Part shown: one piece after another, positions 23,559 through 54,923 of the stretch
Layout of the letters: the number at the start of each line of letters is the position of its first letter
Numbering within the stretch: the first letter of the stretch is position 1
Assembly (NCBI RefSeq): GCF_000181795.1
Contig: NW_003526948.1
Span: 1,978,980 to 2,042,979, forward strand
Length of the DNA: 64,000 nucleotides
Direction: 5' to 3'
Source of the DNA: Trichinella spiralis
Taxonomy: Eukaryota
Translations under genes and position numbers: made by a program
Notes under the pieces: model-generated
Database searches by the model: none
Told to the model about the DNA's origin: nothing
What the model saw: only the letters and a program-made list of their open reading frames with translations

Positions 23559-26500
23559 ATGACAGATTCTCAGCAGTGCATTTCGCCAATATCGAAAGCG
23601 TTGGATTTATTCAATGATGATGAAGACAGTGCAACTTCGTACTCAAGTTTATCACAGTCGTTTTCTCCAAATTCAAAGTGATTCAAATTTTTGATAAACA
23701 ACAACAATCAATCAATTATTAGAATCAATTTGGAATTATTTTTCATTGTAGATACAAAACAGTGTCGGAAAATGCAACAAATTCCAACGTTTCTGATGTG
23801 CAGCAAACTCCAAAATCAAAAAATGCTAAGTCGACAAACTGCTTGAGAACTGTTCAATTGTCAGATGTGTCCAATTTTCGTACTCCACATTCGGAAAATA
23901 ATGAAATTGAAAAGTAGTTTTATTATAAAAGAGAATTTCATTTGTTCATTCATACAGTTGATGATTGTGTTTGTTCGTCGTAAAATTTATAGGAATGAAA
24001 CGTCCGGAGATGTTGTCGAGGAAAATTTCAAAACTCCTCTATCAAAGCTGATAACTTCAATAAAAAGGAATTCATTGCGCAGTACATATTCGTCAGAAGC
24101 TTCTTTATTGTTCAGCAGTGAACAACAAGTGTCGTCAGAATCGACAATTCATCGACCAAGGTTAATATTTCCTTTTTTTACAAGAAAAGAAAAATATATA
24201 TTCCATTGTTGAATATAATAATTTCAATTATTAAGTGCGAGCACTTCTTCCAGTCAATCACTACCGTTACGAGAACAAAGTACAAATATTACTGAGGAGA
24301 ATGGAATCAACGGGAGCAGGTAAATCATTGAGAGAAAAAAATAATATTTAATAAAATTTTGTCAATGAATATGTAAGCAAGCAATTTGGTGGATATTTTA
24401 GGACGAAAAGTATGCTTGTGAGGAAATTTAGTTCATGTTCAACGAATAGAACATCAACGTCCACTCCTCGGAGTGGAGGTGGAAAGCCGATTGCAAAAAG
24501 TCAAATTTTAATCGGTAAATCATTTTTAAATTTGAATTTATTTGTAATAATTTTGATCTTTTCTTAAGCTCTAACACAAGGCCGGGGACTTGCGAAAGGG
24601 GAAATTGGCATTGCCTATATGGATCTGTTGCTTCCTGAATTGTGCTTGACGCAATTCAGTGACAATGCAAGCTATGCTGAGCTGAAGATTAAGCTGGAAA
24701 TTTTGAATCCTGCTGCAGTAAGGGAATAAAGAAAAAAAGAATTATTATTTTACCTTATGCTTATTTTATGCACTTTGAAATATTGACAAATTTTCTTTTT
24801 GAAGATAATTTTGCCAGATTCCGCTATGCTAAACGATGGTAATACGAAAATGTTGTTGTTAGCTTTGAAACGGGCTTTTCCAAAAACCGAAATTTCATCC
24901 GTCAGTCGGAAATGTTTCAACGAAACGCGCGGTCTTGAAGAATTGCAAAGAATTATGCTGAAAGAGTGTTTAGATTTTGAAAAGAATGTCGAAGAAAAGT
25001 GACATCTTTATTATAATTATTATTCATTTTTTATGTTCCATTATTACATTAAAAAATTTTTTCTGTTCTCCGATTCCAGATATTACGCATTAGCTGCTGC
25101 AGCAGCTTTGATTGATTACATCGAAAGAGTTGAAAATATTATTTTTGCTCCACAGTCAATTCGAATTGTTTACAAAGGATTAGAAAAATCTTTAAAAATT
25201 GGTCCTCTTTTTCATTAAATTAAATATCATAAATTCCATTTTATGGGTCTTATTGTTATTCTTTTGCATTGTTTTAGATTCAAATGCGGCAAAAGATTTG
25301 GAATTGATTGTCAGTTTGAAAAGTTCCGAAAGTGTGAAAGGAAGTTTATTAGGAATTTTGAATCATACTTACACGTTCAGCGGTGCTCGATTGTTGCGTG
25401 CTTCAATATTACAACCGTCTTCAGATTTGCAGACCATAAACGAACGTTTGGACGTTTTGGAGGAAATTTTAAACAATGGACGTGTAAAAGCTTCAACTGT
25501 CTGTTTCTGATAATTAATATTATCTCCGTACTGCTTACTGTAGGCTTTGACGAGTTTACGTTCAGCTATAAGTCGAATGACCGACGTGGAACGTTTGATT
25601 GGATTTTGCATACACATTGGCGAAGAAGATTGTGGTCGATTTGCAGAATATCGAATTAAGCAACTTTTATGTTTGAAAAATACCCTGGAATTAGTCGAAC
25701 CACTTCGACAAATTTTGTCCACTTTCAAAACTCCACTTTTGAAAGAATATTTTGAAGTTAGTATTTTGTAAAATTGATTATTTTATTAAAAAATACACTT
25801 ATTATTACACTTATATAAAATTTGACAATAATTAATCTCTTACCAGGTACTTGGTGATAAACGTCTTAAAAAGATTTCTGAAAAGATCAGCCACTATATA
25901 TATGATGATACAATGTTACAAAAAGGTGCTTTGAATTTGAGAAATCAAATATGTTTTGCAATCAAGGTATACAATTTGTCAATTTACCTGCATTTGTTTA
26001 TGATAATTAGAATTCTCTTTCACAGCCGAATGTCAATGGACTGTTGGATGTTGTTCGTCGAGCTTACAGTGAATTTCAAAGTGATGTTGAAGGTTGAATT
26101 GACCTTTCTGTGAAATTATTTCAAATTAATATTTTTTAATCATTTCAAGCATATCATTCAATGTTTTGTCAAGAAACTCAACTTCCATTTAAATTATCAT
26201 TTTCCATTGCTCGTGGATATTATTTGGCTTTGCCCAACAACGGCACCAACGTACCGGCTAATGTTTTGGATCGACTGTTGAAAGTGGTCCGACGAGGTGG
26301 TAATTTAATTTGTACAACTCGAGAAATGGTACTTTCTTGCTGTTTTCTTCAAATTTTGCTTTTAAAATAAAATTATCATTTTTTTCAGATCAAACTGAAT
26401 GGTAAACTTTGTTTGTTGGTTATTTTTAGTTCTCCTGTTTCTGATTGGTTATTTCAGATCGGATAGAAGAAATTGTACGTGATATTTTATTCATTAGTGA

Positions 26501-28298
26501 TAAGTAAGTTGATTTACTGTAGTTTCATTTTTTTTCTTTTTCACAAAAAATGTACTGATTATTGTTTAGCGTGTTGAATCAATTATTGACCGAAATGAGG
26601 GAAGATGTGATCAGCTTGTATTATTTATGCGATGTGATATCATCGTTGGATGTGATATTGTCGCTGAGTAAATGCTGCGAACGTTTTCAATGGAGTCAGT
26701 AATGAGTAGAAATTTTTTCAAATAAATGAACAACTATTTGCATATCTAGTACGACCAGAATTCACGGACAGTTTAGCTGTTGAGAAAGCTCGACATCCAG
26801 TATTGGAATTGTCATTGCAATCTGATTTTGTAGCCAATGATATTGTATGTTATTTCTGTTTTATAATATTTTTAGTAATTGTTAATTTTTAGTATGCTGG
26901 ACCTGATTCGAATTTTCTCATTCTTAGCGGGCCGAACATGGTATGCAGATTGACTGATTATTAAATTATAGTAATACATTTAAAAAAATAAGATAATTAT
27001 TACTTTTCAAAGAGTGGCAAGACGACTTATTTAAAAATGGTCGGCGTGTTGCAAGTACTTGCGCAGATTGGTTCTTTTGTTCCGGCTAAATATGCGTCGT
27101 TCAAGCTTTGCAATCAGCTTTTCACTCGTCTGTATCACAACGACAGTTTGGAAACAAATTCATCGTCTTTCATGGTTGAAGTGAGATATTTATCATAATA
27201 AATTATCAGTATTACTGTAATTGTTGATCTGTTTTGTATTTTTTGTCAGATGAAAGATTGCAAATACATTTTGGAAAAGTGTACCCGTGATTCGCTTGTT
27301 TTGATCGACGAATTGGGACGAAGTGATGCAGAATAATGTTTTTATGCAATGTGCAAGTTTTAGCATCAGAAATTATTTTTCTGTCTTCATTTAGACACTT
27401 CGGATGAAGAAGGTTTCGCTACATGCGTTGCTATAAGTGAAGAATTGATCGCAACCAAAGTAATAATTAATAAATGCTACCCATAGGCAGTTTATAAATT
27501 AATAATTGATGTCGTAATGCTTGACAAGGATAAAATTTAGTTAAACTTTGCTTCGATAAATGAATTGAAAGTACAGCTTTTGTTCGGTGATTTATTTAAC
27601 AAATTTAGGCTACGGTATTTTTTGCCACTCATCTATTGGATCTGGCCGAGCTTGATCGTTTATATCCATGTGTGGACAGGTAGATTTTATTTAGTTTGAA
27701 AAATACAAAGTAATAAATAAATCTTATTTATAAATAATATAGCTACCATTTTGTCGCAAATCAAGGTGCTATCAATCGCAGAATTCACGTGACGCATAAT
27801 TTGAAACGAGGACTCTACTGTGGACCTGCTTATGGTTTTTGAAATTAATATTTTCTTTTTTTTAAATATTTTAAATGTTTATTTATTTCAGGGTTAGAAT
27901 TAGCCGAATTGGCTCCATTTCCAAGGGAAATTGTTGAAAGAGCAAAATGTTGGCTTCGTGGGTGGAGAAATGAAAAGCAGGTTTGTTTGATTTGGGGTGG
28001 GGGAGGGGTTTAGCAGGAATATTAAATTGAACACACACATACATGGAATAGAGTTGTACCGTTTGTTTTTTTCCAGAACAATGAATCACAGTTGTCGAGT
28101 GAGTTGAAAAAGCAACGGGCAGTGATGCGTTTCGGTTACAGGATAATCCAGGCGGCTCAGTTTCACGATTTTGATCCAGTGAACGTGCTCGCCTACTTTC
28201 AGCACATCAAGAAACAATACTTGGACGATATTGGCGTGGCTAATTCCATCTCTACTGGAGACGACGACGACGAAACCAATCCAAAAGAATCTCATTAA
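23559..28298 (+). CDS. MSH4: MutS homolog 4 (meiotic crossover factor, HIM-14 ortholog); more than 20 short exons
   Basis: ILIALTQGRGLAKGEIGIA; YYALAAAAALIDYIE; SLLGILNHTYTFSGARLLRASILQP; ARHPVLE; Walker A SGPNM|SGKTTYLK; FTRLYHNDSLETNSSSFMVE (MSH4-type); Walker B LIDELGR; FATH. Stop at 28296-28298. Confidence 0.95.
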
Positions 28299-28508
28299 TT
28301 CATCGAACTGATAAAGTGAATTGTGAAGTTATTTCTGTTTGTTTGTTCGTTTGTTTGTTTATATTTCAGTTTTACATTTAAACGTTTCATGTTGATTTAT
28401 TTCATTTTCAACAATTACATATCTACTACGTATGTGTGCATGTATGCTTGCAGCAATAAACGATTCATCTAATTCAGTTCGCGATACACGTGCAATAATC
28501 GAGTAATA

Positions 28509-28546
<38 letters not shown>

Positions 28547-28618
28547 CGTGTGCCTAGTGGTGAGAGTATAAAAAAGATACGTCGTCAGTCAACCAATATA
28601 TCATATATCAGTTTGTAT

Positions 28619-31600
28619 CTACTGCTGCTTGCTTGTGTGTCGACTTGCTTTCGGCTGCTGACGTATTGGAAGTATGTACAAATAATCCGGTATGGGCAAC
28701 GTTTCGTAAGTGAACGGAAATGCCGATGTGATGCGCAGATTGGACAAATCCGCGCAAGACAAGCTCGAATCACTACCGGCTTTGTCGTCGTTCCTGTTGC
28801 TGGTGGTGGTGGTCGCCAAAAACGTACCGGATGTGGCATCCGAGCGTGTTGTCGTGTTGGCGCCAATTTCAAGGCGGATCTTCTCTTGTAGCAATTTCAA
28901 CAAGTGCGCGTTCAGGGAATTGACGTGCAATGTCAGTTGAATATCACCACCGTTGGCCACTTGAGCTGGGGCCGACCAACGGAGAAATGCCATCTGCCAG
29001 AAGTTCAATACAAATGGCTGAGATTCTGGTAATAAAGTTGAAGACGACAATAATGATGGAGATGGGGATGGTGAGAGGATATCTGCTGAACTAGAACCCG
29101 CTGAAAGTGAAGAAGAATAATTTTCAGCTAAACGACTTTTAGCAAACAAATAACAGCTGTTTTTGAAAAATTGCCTGTAGTCGTCATGGTAAAATTCGGT
29201 CCAATAATCAGTGTGGTCATCGAAGTGATGATGGTCAATTCGATCGCGCAAGCAGTTGGTCGAAAAAGAGACCACCAGACCGGTCAAACTCAAATCCCAC
29301 ATTGCTATCAAATAATGTTCTGTAAATTGAAAATCCGTCGGATATTGGACCAACAGTTGAAAAACGCAATCCAAAAACAAAAGGAAAAATGGTGCCTTGA
29401 AAAAAAAGGCAAAAATTATTATATTTAAATTGGTTTATTCATATTAGCTGTTTGCTGCTGTTACTGCTCGTCTCTAACAACTTACCAATTCTTCATCCGA
29501 GCGACCAGCGCTTGTCAAGCCGTGCAGTCGTGAAGCGAACGGATGCGCAAATGCCAACCACTCTTTGCGAATCAGCATCTCGAAGCCGTCGATTGTTCTG
29601 TAAAATGGATCACAGCAAATTTGAACCAAACTTGCAATCACGCAGCAACCATCTTGATTCAGCTTTTCTGAAAATGCAAATTCAGAAAACCTAAGCACAA
29701 AACGACCGCATACAAACAATACCGTATACCTCTCAGTATGACACTGTTGCCAAAGATGGAAATGGTCTCGACGCAACAGTGGACTTGGCTCAAGCATTTC
29801 TGAACCAAAAAAAGCCAACCAGTCGACTCAACTTCACTATACCACCTGCTATCGATTGCCCAAAATTCGGTTGAATTATCTGAAACTTCATTTTGATCAC
29901 ACACAAACACATACTAATTAACTAAACCAGGCAGAGGCAAACATTTTTGAGTTTTAAGCGTAAACCACGCATTTCCAGGTTCAATCTGTTCCTCTGCTTT
30001 GTTCCTTTTCTGTGGGGTCCCCCGACAGTTCAGAAAATTATAAAATATTGTTACAAAATAGTTCCCCACGAAATAAATTCCTCAAATGGGATTTCAAAGT
30101 TCATATTCTATCCCAGCGTTCATCGACCCCCATTCAACCTCTAAGCCTTTAACGACCCCTCAAATAGTCCCATCGACCCCAAAGGGTCGATATCGACCAC
30201 TCTGGCTACCCCTGAGCTAAACGAACAAAACCTACCTATTGAACAAATTTTTCTCAAAGCATCATATGCGTTCGCTACATCACGAACGGACAGAGAGACA
30301 TCAATCACCACTGGCTGTTTCTTTTTCGCGTGTGATTCACCAACCGCCGCTTCGAATCTTGAATTAATTAATTAATTAATTGTTTCTTTTATTTCAAATA
30401 CATTTTAAAATAGTTGAACATTTTTACTCCAACATACAGAAGCCACTGTTTTCTTGTCACTTCGGTGTCCGTGGTCATAGAAGAGGTACGTACAAGTGAA
30501 CTGCCGTTCAAATGACTCCAACACCAAAACTGAAATACCAACAAATAAATGAATGACATTACTGCTAATATAATAATAATAATCAATATAAAAATATGAT
30601 AATTTGATGGGAAAAATTATTTCACCGGCACTCGGCGTTCTTTCCAATTGGAAACTGACGTTTCGATCATGTTATCGTACCAAGAAGATGGAACCACGAA
30701 ACAACACGAATAACTGTAATGGTTGAAAAAAAATAAATTAAAAAAAAACTATATGTATATATTGGATTTTGCTTTTCCAGTTGTATAGAGATAATTTTTT
30801 AATAACCTTCGAATGAGGCGATTGTTTTCGTTAATTTGAGTAATTCGCCAACTGTGCCCACCGCCGGTTCCACAACGCTGCAATTCACACTGCCAATCTT
30901 CTCTTGAGTCAAACGAGCATTTTTTCAACTCTGTTTACAGTATCCGGAAAAGAAGAATTATAAAAATATAAAAAATATACACAAATCTCACTTCTTTTCC
31001 AATTGGTAGGATGTCGCAAATGGAAGCAGGGCAAATTTTCCAACGACATCGGAAATGAATATTGCAAAAGACAATTGACAAACTGAATTTGCAAAAATAG
31101 AATAAAATAAAAAGAAAATATATTAAAAAGAATAGAAAATATTACTTACATTTTTGCATTGACTGCTGAAATGCAAATCAAACGAAAAAACCCTGAAATC
31201 CTGGAAAACAAACAAATGGAAAACTACACTTTCTGTCCAAAAGGTAAAAATTACCTTGCAATATATTTTCAAGGTGTGTATATCGTCAGCAAAGCTGAGA
31301 AAATTCACCAAATGTCGAAACTTTTTAGGATCTACAAAATAAAAAGAATAACAAGCAAACAAACAAACAAACAAACAAATACACACCCGCGTTAGAGCTG
31401 TGCTCTAGACGGTAAACGTTCAACAATGCCGTTTCAAAATTGGAGTTGCCAAAAATACGCTGCGTGCGAAAATATGAACGCTAAAATGAAAAGAAAAAAA
31501 ATCACCCGCATATCATATCAATCATCAAGAGGAAGGAGATAATAATATTTAAATATGAAATTTCACCTGGTTGTTCATCTCCGTAGCCGGCAAGAATATC

Positions 31601-31884
31601 AACCGAAAAAAAGTGCAGTGCACGTTGCCAATAATACCCTGGCGACTGTCCGAGAAGGGAAAATACAAAATCACATTTTCGCAGGGAGTGGTCACTTCTT
31701 GTTCGCCGGATATTAAATTCAACGACGGATTTCCATTTGACGAATCTTCTTCTTCCTGTTGTAAAAGGAGAAAAAGAAGATTTTTGTTTTTCAATACATT
31801 TGCTCTTGTCTAATCAAATTGAACATCAATCACCTCAACGTAGGATTTGAACGATTCTGCACGACTTGAATTCAAAGAATTCAT
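28619..31884 (-). CDS. MTMR10: Myotubularin-related pseudophosphatase of the MTMR10/11/12 subgroup
   Basis: N-terminus MNSLNSSRAESFKSYVE; PH-GRAM-like LISGEQEV...GNVHCTFFRLIF; WRITQINEN; FWCWSHLNGSSLVR. The CX5R site is replaced by SVILREKLNQDGCCVIASLVQICCDPFYRTIDGFEMLIRKEW. Also FLDCVFQLLVQYPTDFQFTEHYL and a C-terminal FWQMAFLRW...NGG. Confidence 0.9.
29928..30214. mobile_element. Non-autonomous hAT (Buster/Charlie-like) MITE, 287 bp, in an MTMR10 intron
   Basis: Ends CAGG... and ...CCTG with an imperfect TIR (CAGGCAGAGGCAAAC vs CAGGGGTAGCCAGAG). 8-bp TSD with central TA: AACTAAAC (29920-29927) and AGCTAAAC (30215-30222). Subterminal palindrome GGTCGATATCGACC and repeated CGACCCC motifs. 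Confidence 0.8.
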
Positions 31885-32618
31885 TCCACGTTGGATGCTA
31901 TTCGAATTGCTGAATCCAAAGAAGAATGAGCAGCAGATAAAAAAATATAAAATCAAAAACAAAAAAAACAATCGTCAACATTTTTAGCCGAGATGTAAAG
32001 CTTCAAAAGAAATACATGCAAGTATTCGTTCCGTAGAACGTTCAACAGTTGCAAAAAGAAAAATCAACCAAACACTCCATTATTCAAAGTAAATGTTCAT
32101 TGTAATGATAAAATGCTTATAAAAAATACATATATATATATATTATAATAAAATATATGTTATATCATCCTATAACAGCAAAACATTCATGTTGGATAAT
32201 GATGAAAAAGTTCTACGATGAGGGAAGAAAAGAAGAGAAAAAATATACGCATAAAAATTTAAATAATAGTTGGTCAAATGCGTCGGATAAACGAAAAGGA
32301 AAAAAGAAAATTTGAATTTGACACCAGAATTTGAATTCCATGAAAAATAATGGATGACAGCATAACAAAGTGACAAAACTAAACAGCTAACAACACACGT
32401 CAAATTTTGCAAATGATATAAATAAATACAAAGTGAGAAAAAAGGAAGAGCAAGTGTGAAAGGCAAAGAAGAATATAAATTGTGAAAAAGCACTGGGATT
32501 TGTATTTATTTTCACGTCATTGTCCATACTTGAATGTTGTCGAGGTGTTAATAGATGCCGGTATTCGTTGTTCAGATCCGCACATCGTCGTTTTCAATGT
32601 TGCGCTGGTGGTAGAATT

Positions 32619-34967
<2,349 letters not shown>

Positions 34968-37900
34968 CGTCCGTGATGAACATTTCCATGCCGGTAAATT
35001 AATGATCGAAAATTTCAGCTACTGCTTTTTACTTCAGACAAATCAATGCCGAAATACATACTGCCAAAATAATAAATGACGATTCTTTCTTTATCACCTG
35101 AAATGAGCGAACAATATTTCAGTATCTGTGAAATCGAAAAACCATTGTAAAGTGCAAAATCTACCAATGTCATCTACAATTGGGACACGATCATATGTCG
35201 AAATTTTCAAAAACTGGTAAAAATTTATTTCAACAAATTAATACTTTTCACGTGCTTCATTAATTTTAATATATCGACCAGTGTCCTGATCCGATCAACA
35301 CAACTGAACAGATATTGGTCTAATGAAATGCTGTCAATTTCAAAATTTCGATAAATAATGTACAACTGATTGGAAATTATTAATCATTCGCGCGTTCTTC
35401 ATCCAAGATCACTATCTCCTCCATGACAATCATGATAATGCAAATCCGGATCGAAATGGATAGCATTTTTCTCAGGGAAAATGAAAAAAAAAGAACAATT
35501 TCGAACATGGGCAAAATTTCACTGCACAAGAAATAAATACCTACAACAACTACTACTACTACTATTACTACTCGTGTTCAAGTTCACGACAACCATAGCA
35601 ATTTCCTGTTTCTATTATTCTTTGTTAACTTTTCAGGTCAAACCTCTTAATGAATAACCTAATCGACGAAATGAATTTCATTTCATAAAAATTTTTCAAA
35701 TTATGACAACGAAAATTGAACTGAAATGAAAAGAACAAAAATTCCCATGGAAAACTTAGTTTTCTACATTCAACAAATACAAAAACATAACGAATAAATA
35801 TTGTTCGATGATTTTACTGTTTTAAGTAAAATAATAACAAGATATGATTCAAATGAAAAGCAGTAAGAAAAATAACATAAACTGCAAAATCTAACACACA
35901 CACACAGATGCCTGGCTCACATGCTTGCAATATTAAAATTATACATTGCAAGCAGAAATGTGAATGAAAGTTGTGAAAAATAGTCCACCTCACATTTATT
36001 TATTTAAAAAATTCATCCAAAAAGCAACAATGCTAAATTTTACTGAACATGAAGTTACGAAATACGAGGAATTTTGCTTTTCAAAAAACTCATACAAAAT
36101 GAACTACATTTGCAATAATGAACAGACATTAAAAGTTGAACAGCAGAACCAAAAAATTCACTCCAGTTCACAAAATAAATTTTTTTGAAAAATAAAACAT
36201 TAAAAATAGACAAATAAAAATAAAACGACATACAACTGATAATAAAACAACAAATAAAAAGTAACGAGTGGTGGTGCAATTGAACTATGCTCATGAGTAA
36301 GGTAAAACAAAAAGGTGCATTACACTGTTTGCGCTCAGTGCAAATGATACGACTAATTGCGTGGCAGTGCAGATGCATAATTTGCATGAAAAAACAATTA
36401 AACTACAAATATAAAAAAGTTGAACATGGCTAAAAGTAAAGGTAACCAAATTGCGATACATCATAGTGGAATGGAACCCGACTTTTGGGTGATGCAGGAA
36501 AATTGCAAAAATAATTACCTAAATAACGGCTTTCGATGACAAATCTCTTTTCAGCAGCTGCGGTCAGTCGACAGTGAGAAAATTATTCAAAGATAAATGA
36601 AACAAAGAACAATAAAACTGGCCTGCATTGAATACATCCACAGTAAACTTAATTGCAGCCGATTTGTACTTAATTTTCATACAGTACAAAAATTGTAATT
36701 TTATTATTAGCAAAAATTGTCAAAAAATTTAATTGAAATGCAAGTGCATTGTATAATTTACGCAAAAAAAATCAATATAAATCAAAATTTACGATTATTA
36801 TCATTAGATTATTATTTTTCACATGCCATCTAAGAAACAGCTTGAACTGTTGCACTTTGAAATTTTTTCATGATTTAATAATAAAAATACAAAACACTGA
36901 AACAATATATTTATATTTTTTGTCATGTTTTTAATGTTTTTAGACATGAAAAAATAAAAACATGTAACGAAGTTGTAAAGTTTCAAATTTCCTAAGTTTA
37001 CTCAAGCTTTAATCAGAATACTGGCTGATGATGAAAAATTGATCATATTTATTGTTAATCAAATCTTTATTTGTTAATTTGAGTGTAATTCTAAGCTTTT
37101 TTTTAATTAATTAATTTTTTTGTTACTTGTTATAATTGAATAACAATATCACTTTGCGTAAAAGCAGAGGAAAACATGAAACAACTTTAAAAATTTTCCA
37201 TTCCATGCACAACAACAGAAATAATTGTGCTTTCTTGTTGAATGAACTGTTGAAAAGGAAAGATTTTTTTGGTTTTTTTCTTGAATTTTATTTGAAAAAG
37301 TAATTTTCCAATTTTAATGACATATTTGGATTATTTGGAAAATATTTGCCTAATGTCATTGTTGTTTTCCATTTTCGACGACGTATTATGATTGTTCAGG
37401 GGGCAAAAAAGAGAAGCGTGCATTATTCTTGTTTTCTTAAAAATTAAAATGAAAAAAACTTTATCAATTATTTTGAAAAGCAGCCTGTTCAGGTCATGTC
37501 TGCACTTATTTATTTTTTTCTAAAAAATTCCATACAAATAACTTCAATATTGATGGGATGTTGTTTTGAATGTTCAGTTTTTTCTTTTTCAAATAAACGA
37601 AACAAGTATATGCCATGTATTTTTACAATTGAATACTTGAAATAAATAAATATATATATATATTTCATTTAATAAATATTTATTTATTTGCTTGTGTGAT
37701 TTGAACATTTTTTTTCTTTAATTTTCAAATACTTTTGTAAAAACTGCATTTGTAGTTGCATACTCGCTATCTCATGCATCTATGGTTCCTTTTTATTCTT
37801 GAAATTGAATATAAAAAAATTATTGTGAAATTTATATTTCGATTTCCTTTTATCATTGATATTATTAGTATTATTATTATTGATTTATGAAATACATTTC

Positions 37901-38472
37901 ATCTTTTATTGTTATAATAAAAAGCCGACCTTATTCAATAAGCAGGACCTGTTTGTGAATGAATGCCCTTAGCGTTGTTGGAAATTGCTTTCTTTTCTAT
38001 TTCACTTATGCAGATGGGTATAAAATTTTTTTTCTCAAGGTTGATCTTTTCATTTACAATATTTGCTTATCGTCCATTCGTATTATGAATTCTATTTCTG
38101 TATAATGAAAAACGACCTCAGCTGTGTTACGCCATAGCCAATTGCACTTATTTTATAGCATCTCTTGTGCATATAAAAATCTTCATAAACGAGGTTAACG
38201 TTTCCAATTTGAGACAAAACAAAAAATGCATCAAACAAATTAAACAACATTATAAATTTTCAAAAGCATAATCGGCATTTATGTATATTTATTTATTTAT
38301 TTGCACAATTGTATAAATTGATCCGTTTTTTATTGTTCATTGTTTCACAATAGTATTGCCATATTAATTGTAATTTTTGAAAAATTTACAGTATTCCGAT
38401 GTTAAATTTATACATCTGTGATAAAAAAAAATAAATCTGGAAAACCGAAAATCCAAAAATGCCCAACCATAC

Positions 38473-38474
<2 letters not shown>

Positions 38475-38510
<36 letters not shown>
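38475..38510. repeat. (TA)n microsatellite
   Basis: Perfect dinucleotide run. Confidence 0.95.
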
Positions 38511-38515
<5 letters not shown>

Positions 38516-40054
38516 AGTGTGCATTGAAAACTGACGTTACAGTGTATTATTTATTATTCGATGTATTATATATAACAATAATGAATTACGATTAATCAAT
38601 TTGTAAAATATATTCACTGTTTGATTTTATTGAATAATACTAAATATGACAGGCAACAAAAACAATCAATGGAAGATAAAAAATAGTTTTAAAGTAAAAC
38701 TAAACAATTTATATCATGCATGTTATCTATCATTTTATTCATAAGTTTTATCAGCTTTTTGCATATCAGCACATGTAAGTTGTTTACTTAAAAATTTTAC
38801 ATATAATCTTTCCAATGAAATAATATTCTTTTGACGAGTTTTAACTGAAATTTCAAACTTAATATAAAAATCTAATAAATAGATTCAGCAATAATAATAA
38901 CAATAATTGTTCATCTGGATCACAGCATGTGGTATATCCATAATAATAATAATAATTATTATTATTATAACCCAGGATCAATTAAAAGTTGCCAAAAATT
39001 AATTTTTCTCATCATCATCTTCCGTGAACTACTTTTCACACGAGAGAGGAAATTAATTTAATTTAAACTGTGCTAGTTGTAGTGGTGCTTTTTTGAATAA
39101 ATTTTTTTCTTTTCTGCTACTAATGCTTACCAGCAAATAGTCTGTCGTTGATGTTGCAAGCAACTTATCAAACAGATAGACAGACAGATAGACAAATTGA
39201 TAAATAGATTGATAAAAGAAATGCATCTGCAATGCTGAACCAACCAACCAACCCTCTTTGCTTTTCTTATCATGGAAAATGGAAAAGAAAAGAAACAATT
39301 TTTCAGAAATATCCATTTTTCTCTTCTACACAGCTGCATCTTAACAATTCAATTAATAATAATAATAATAATAATAATGGCAGTAATTAAGAATAATAAT
39401 AATAACAATAATTTCATTGTAGCCATAATAATAATGGCCAATAGTAGCAGCAGTAGTAGTAATAATAATAATAGCAGTAATAATAATAATAGCAATGGCA
39501 ATAATAGCAATAGCGATAACAATAATAATTATTTATCATAAGTGCAGTGCTTTCTGAGACATATGCACATGTAGTAGTAAAAGTAGTAGAATAGTGGCAT
39601 TATATTAGTTTTTGATTCTTATTGTTTTCCTGGAATTGACTAATTCTGTGGAAAAAAATTATTTATATTTATTTCTTCTTTCAATTTATGAATAATAACA
39701 TCAATATGTGAGAAAATGAACTAATTGTGCGTATATTATATGATGAGTTTAAAAAAAGAACCAGAAAAATTATACGCGTTTCATTACTTCGCATGGAAAA
39801 CAAAGCAATAATAAATACAAAATAATATATATATGTATATATATGTATGTATATATTCATCGGATAAAAATTTAGCGAAGCTGAGTGTGGAAAGATTAAA
39901 ACGAACAGAGAAACAATAATAATAAATCTAAACAAGAAAAAGCTGGAGAAACGTAACGGATTTGAAATTCAAAAACAATTTCATCACATAAAATATGCAC
40001 GTGTTTGTTGTTATGGGTAATGGAACATGGCCGCAATTTTACAATAGCACGAAT

Positions 40055-40055
<1 letters not shown>

Positions 40056-40092
<37 letters not shown>
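40056..40092. repeat. (AG)n microsatellite in the presumed spalt 3' UTR
   Basis: Perfect dinucleotide run. Confidence 0.95.
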
Positions 40093-40096
<4 letters not shown>

Positions 40097-40426
40097 AAAA
40101 GAGAGAGAATTTCCGAATTTCAGAATGTGAACAAAAAAGTAGAAGAATAAATTGAAAAAAAACTGATTATTACAAGAGTATTATAAACAATGTCACTGTG
40201 AGAAAATAGATGAATAAGAAGAAAAAAGTAGTAAATGCATAAATAAGTATAATAATATATATAAATATATATAAATATATATATATATATATACCTAGAG
40301 ATGTAGTATATTATACATGTATGTGTGTGTGTGTGTGCGCGTGTGTGTATTGGAAATGAAAACAATGGCAACGCAAGGCTAAGAATATACTATATAATTC
40401 ATAGTTCGTAACTGTGAAATATAGTT

Positions 40427-54923
<14,497 letters not shown>

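Noticed and set aside
27301..27420. MSH4 DELGRNTS instead of DELGRGT
   Set aside because: Walker A and B catalytic residues are intact, so this is likely ordinary divergence and not inactivation.
39272..39541. Poly-I/N/S ORF
   Set aside because: Translation of (AAT)n and (AGC)n microsatellites.
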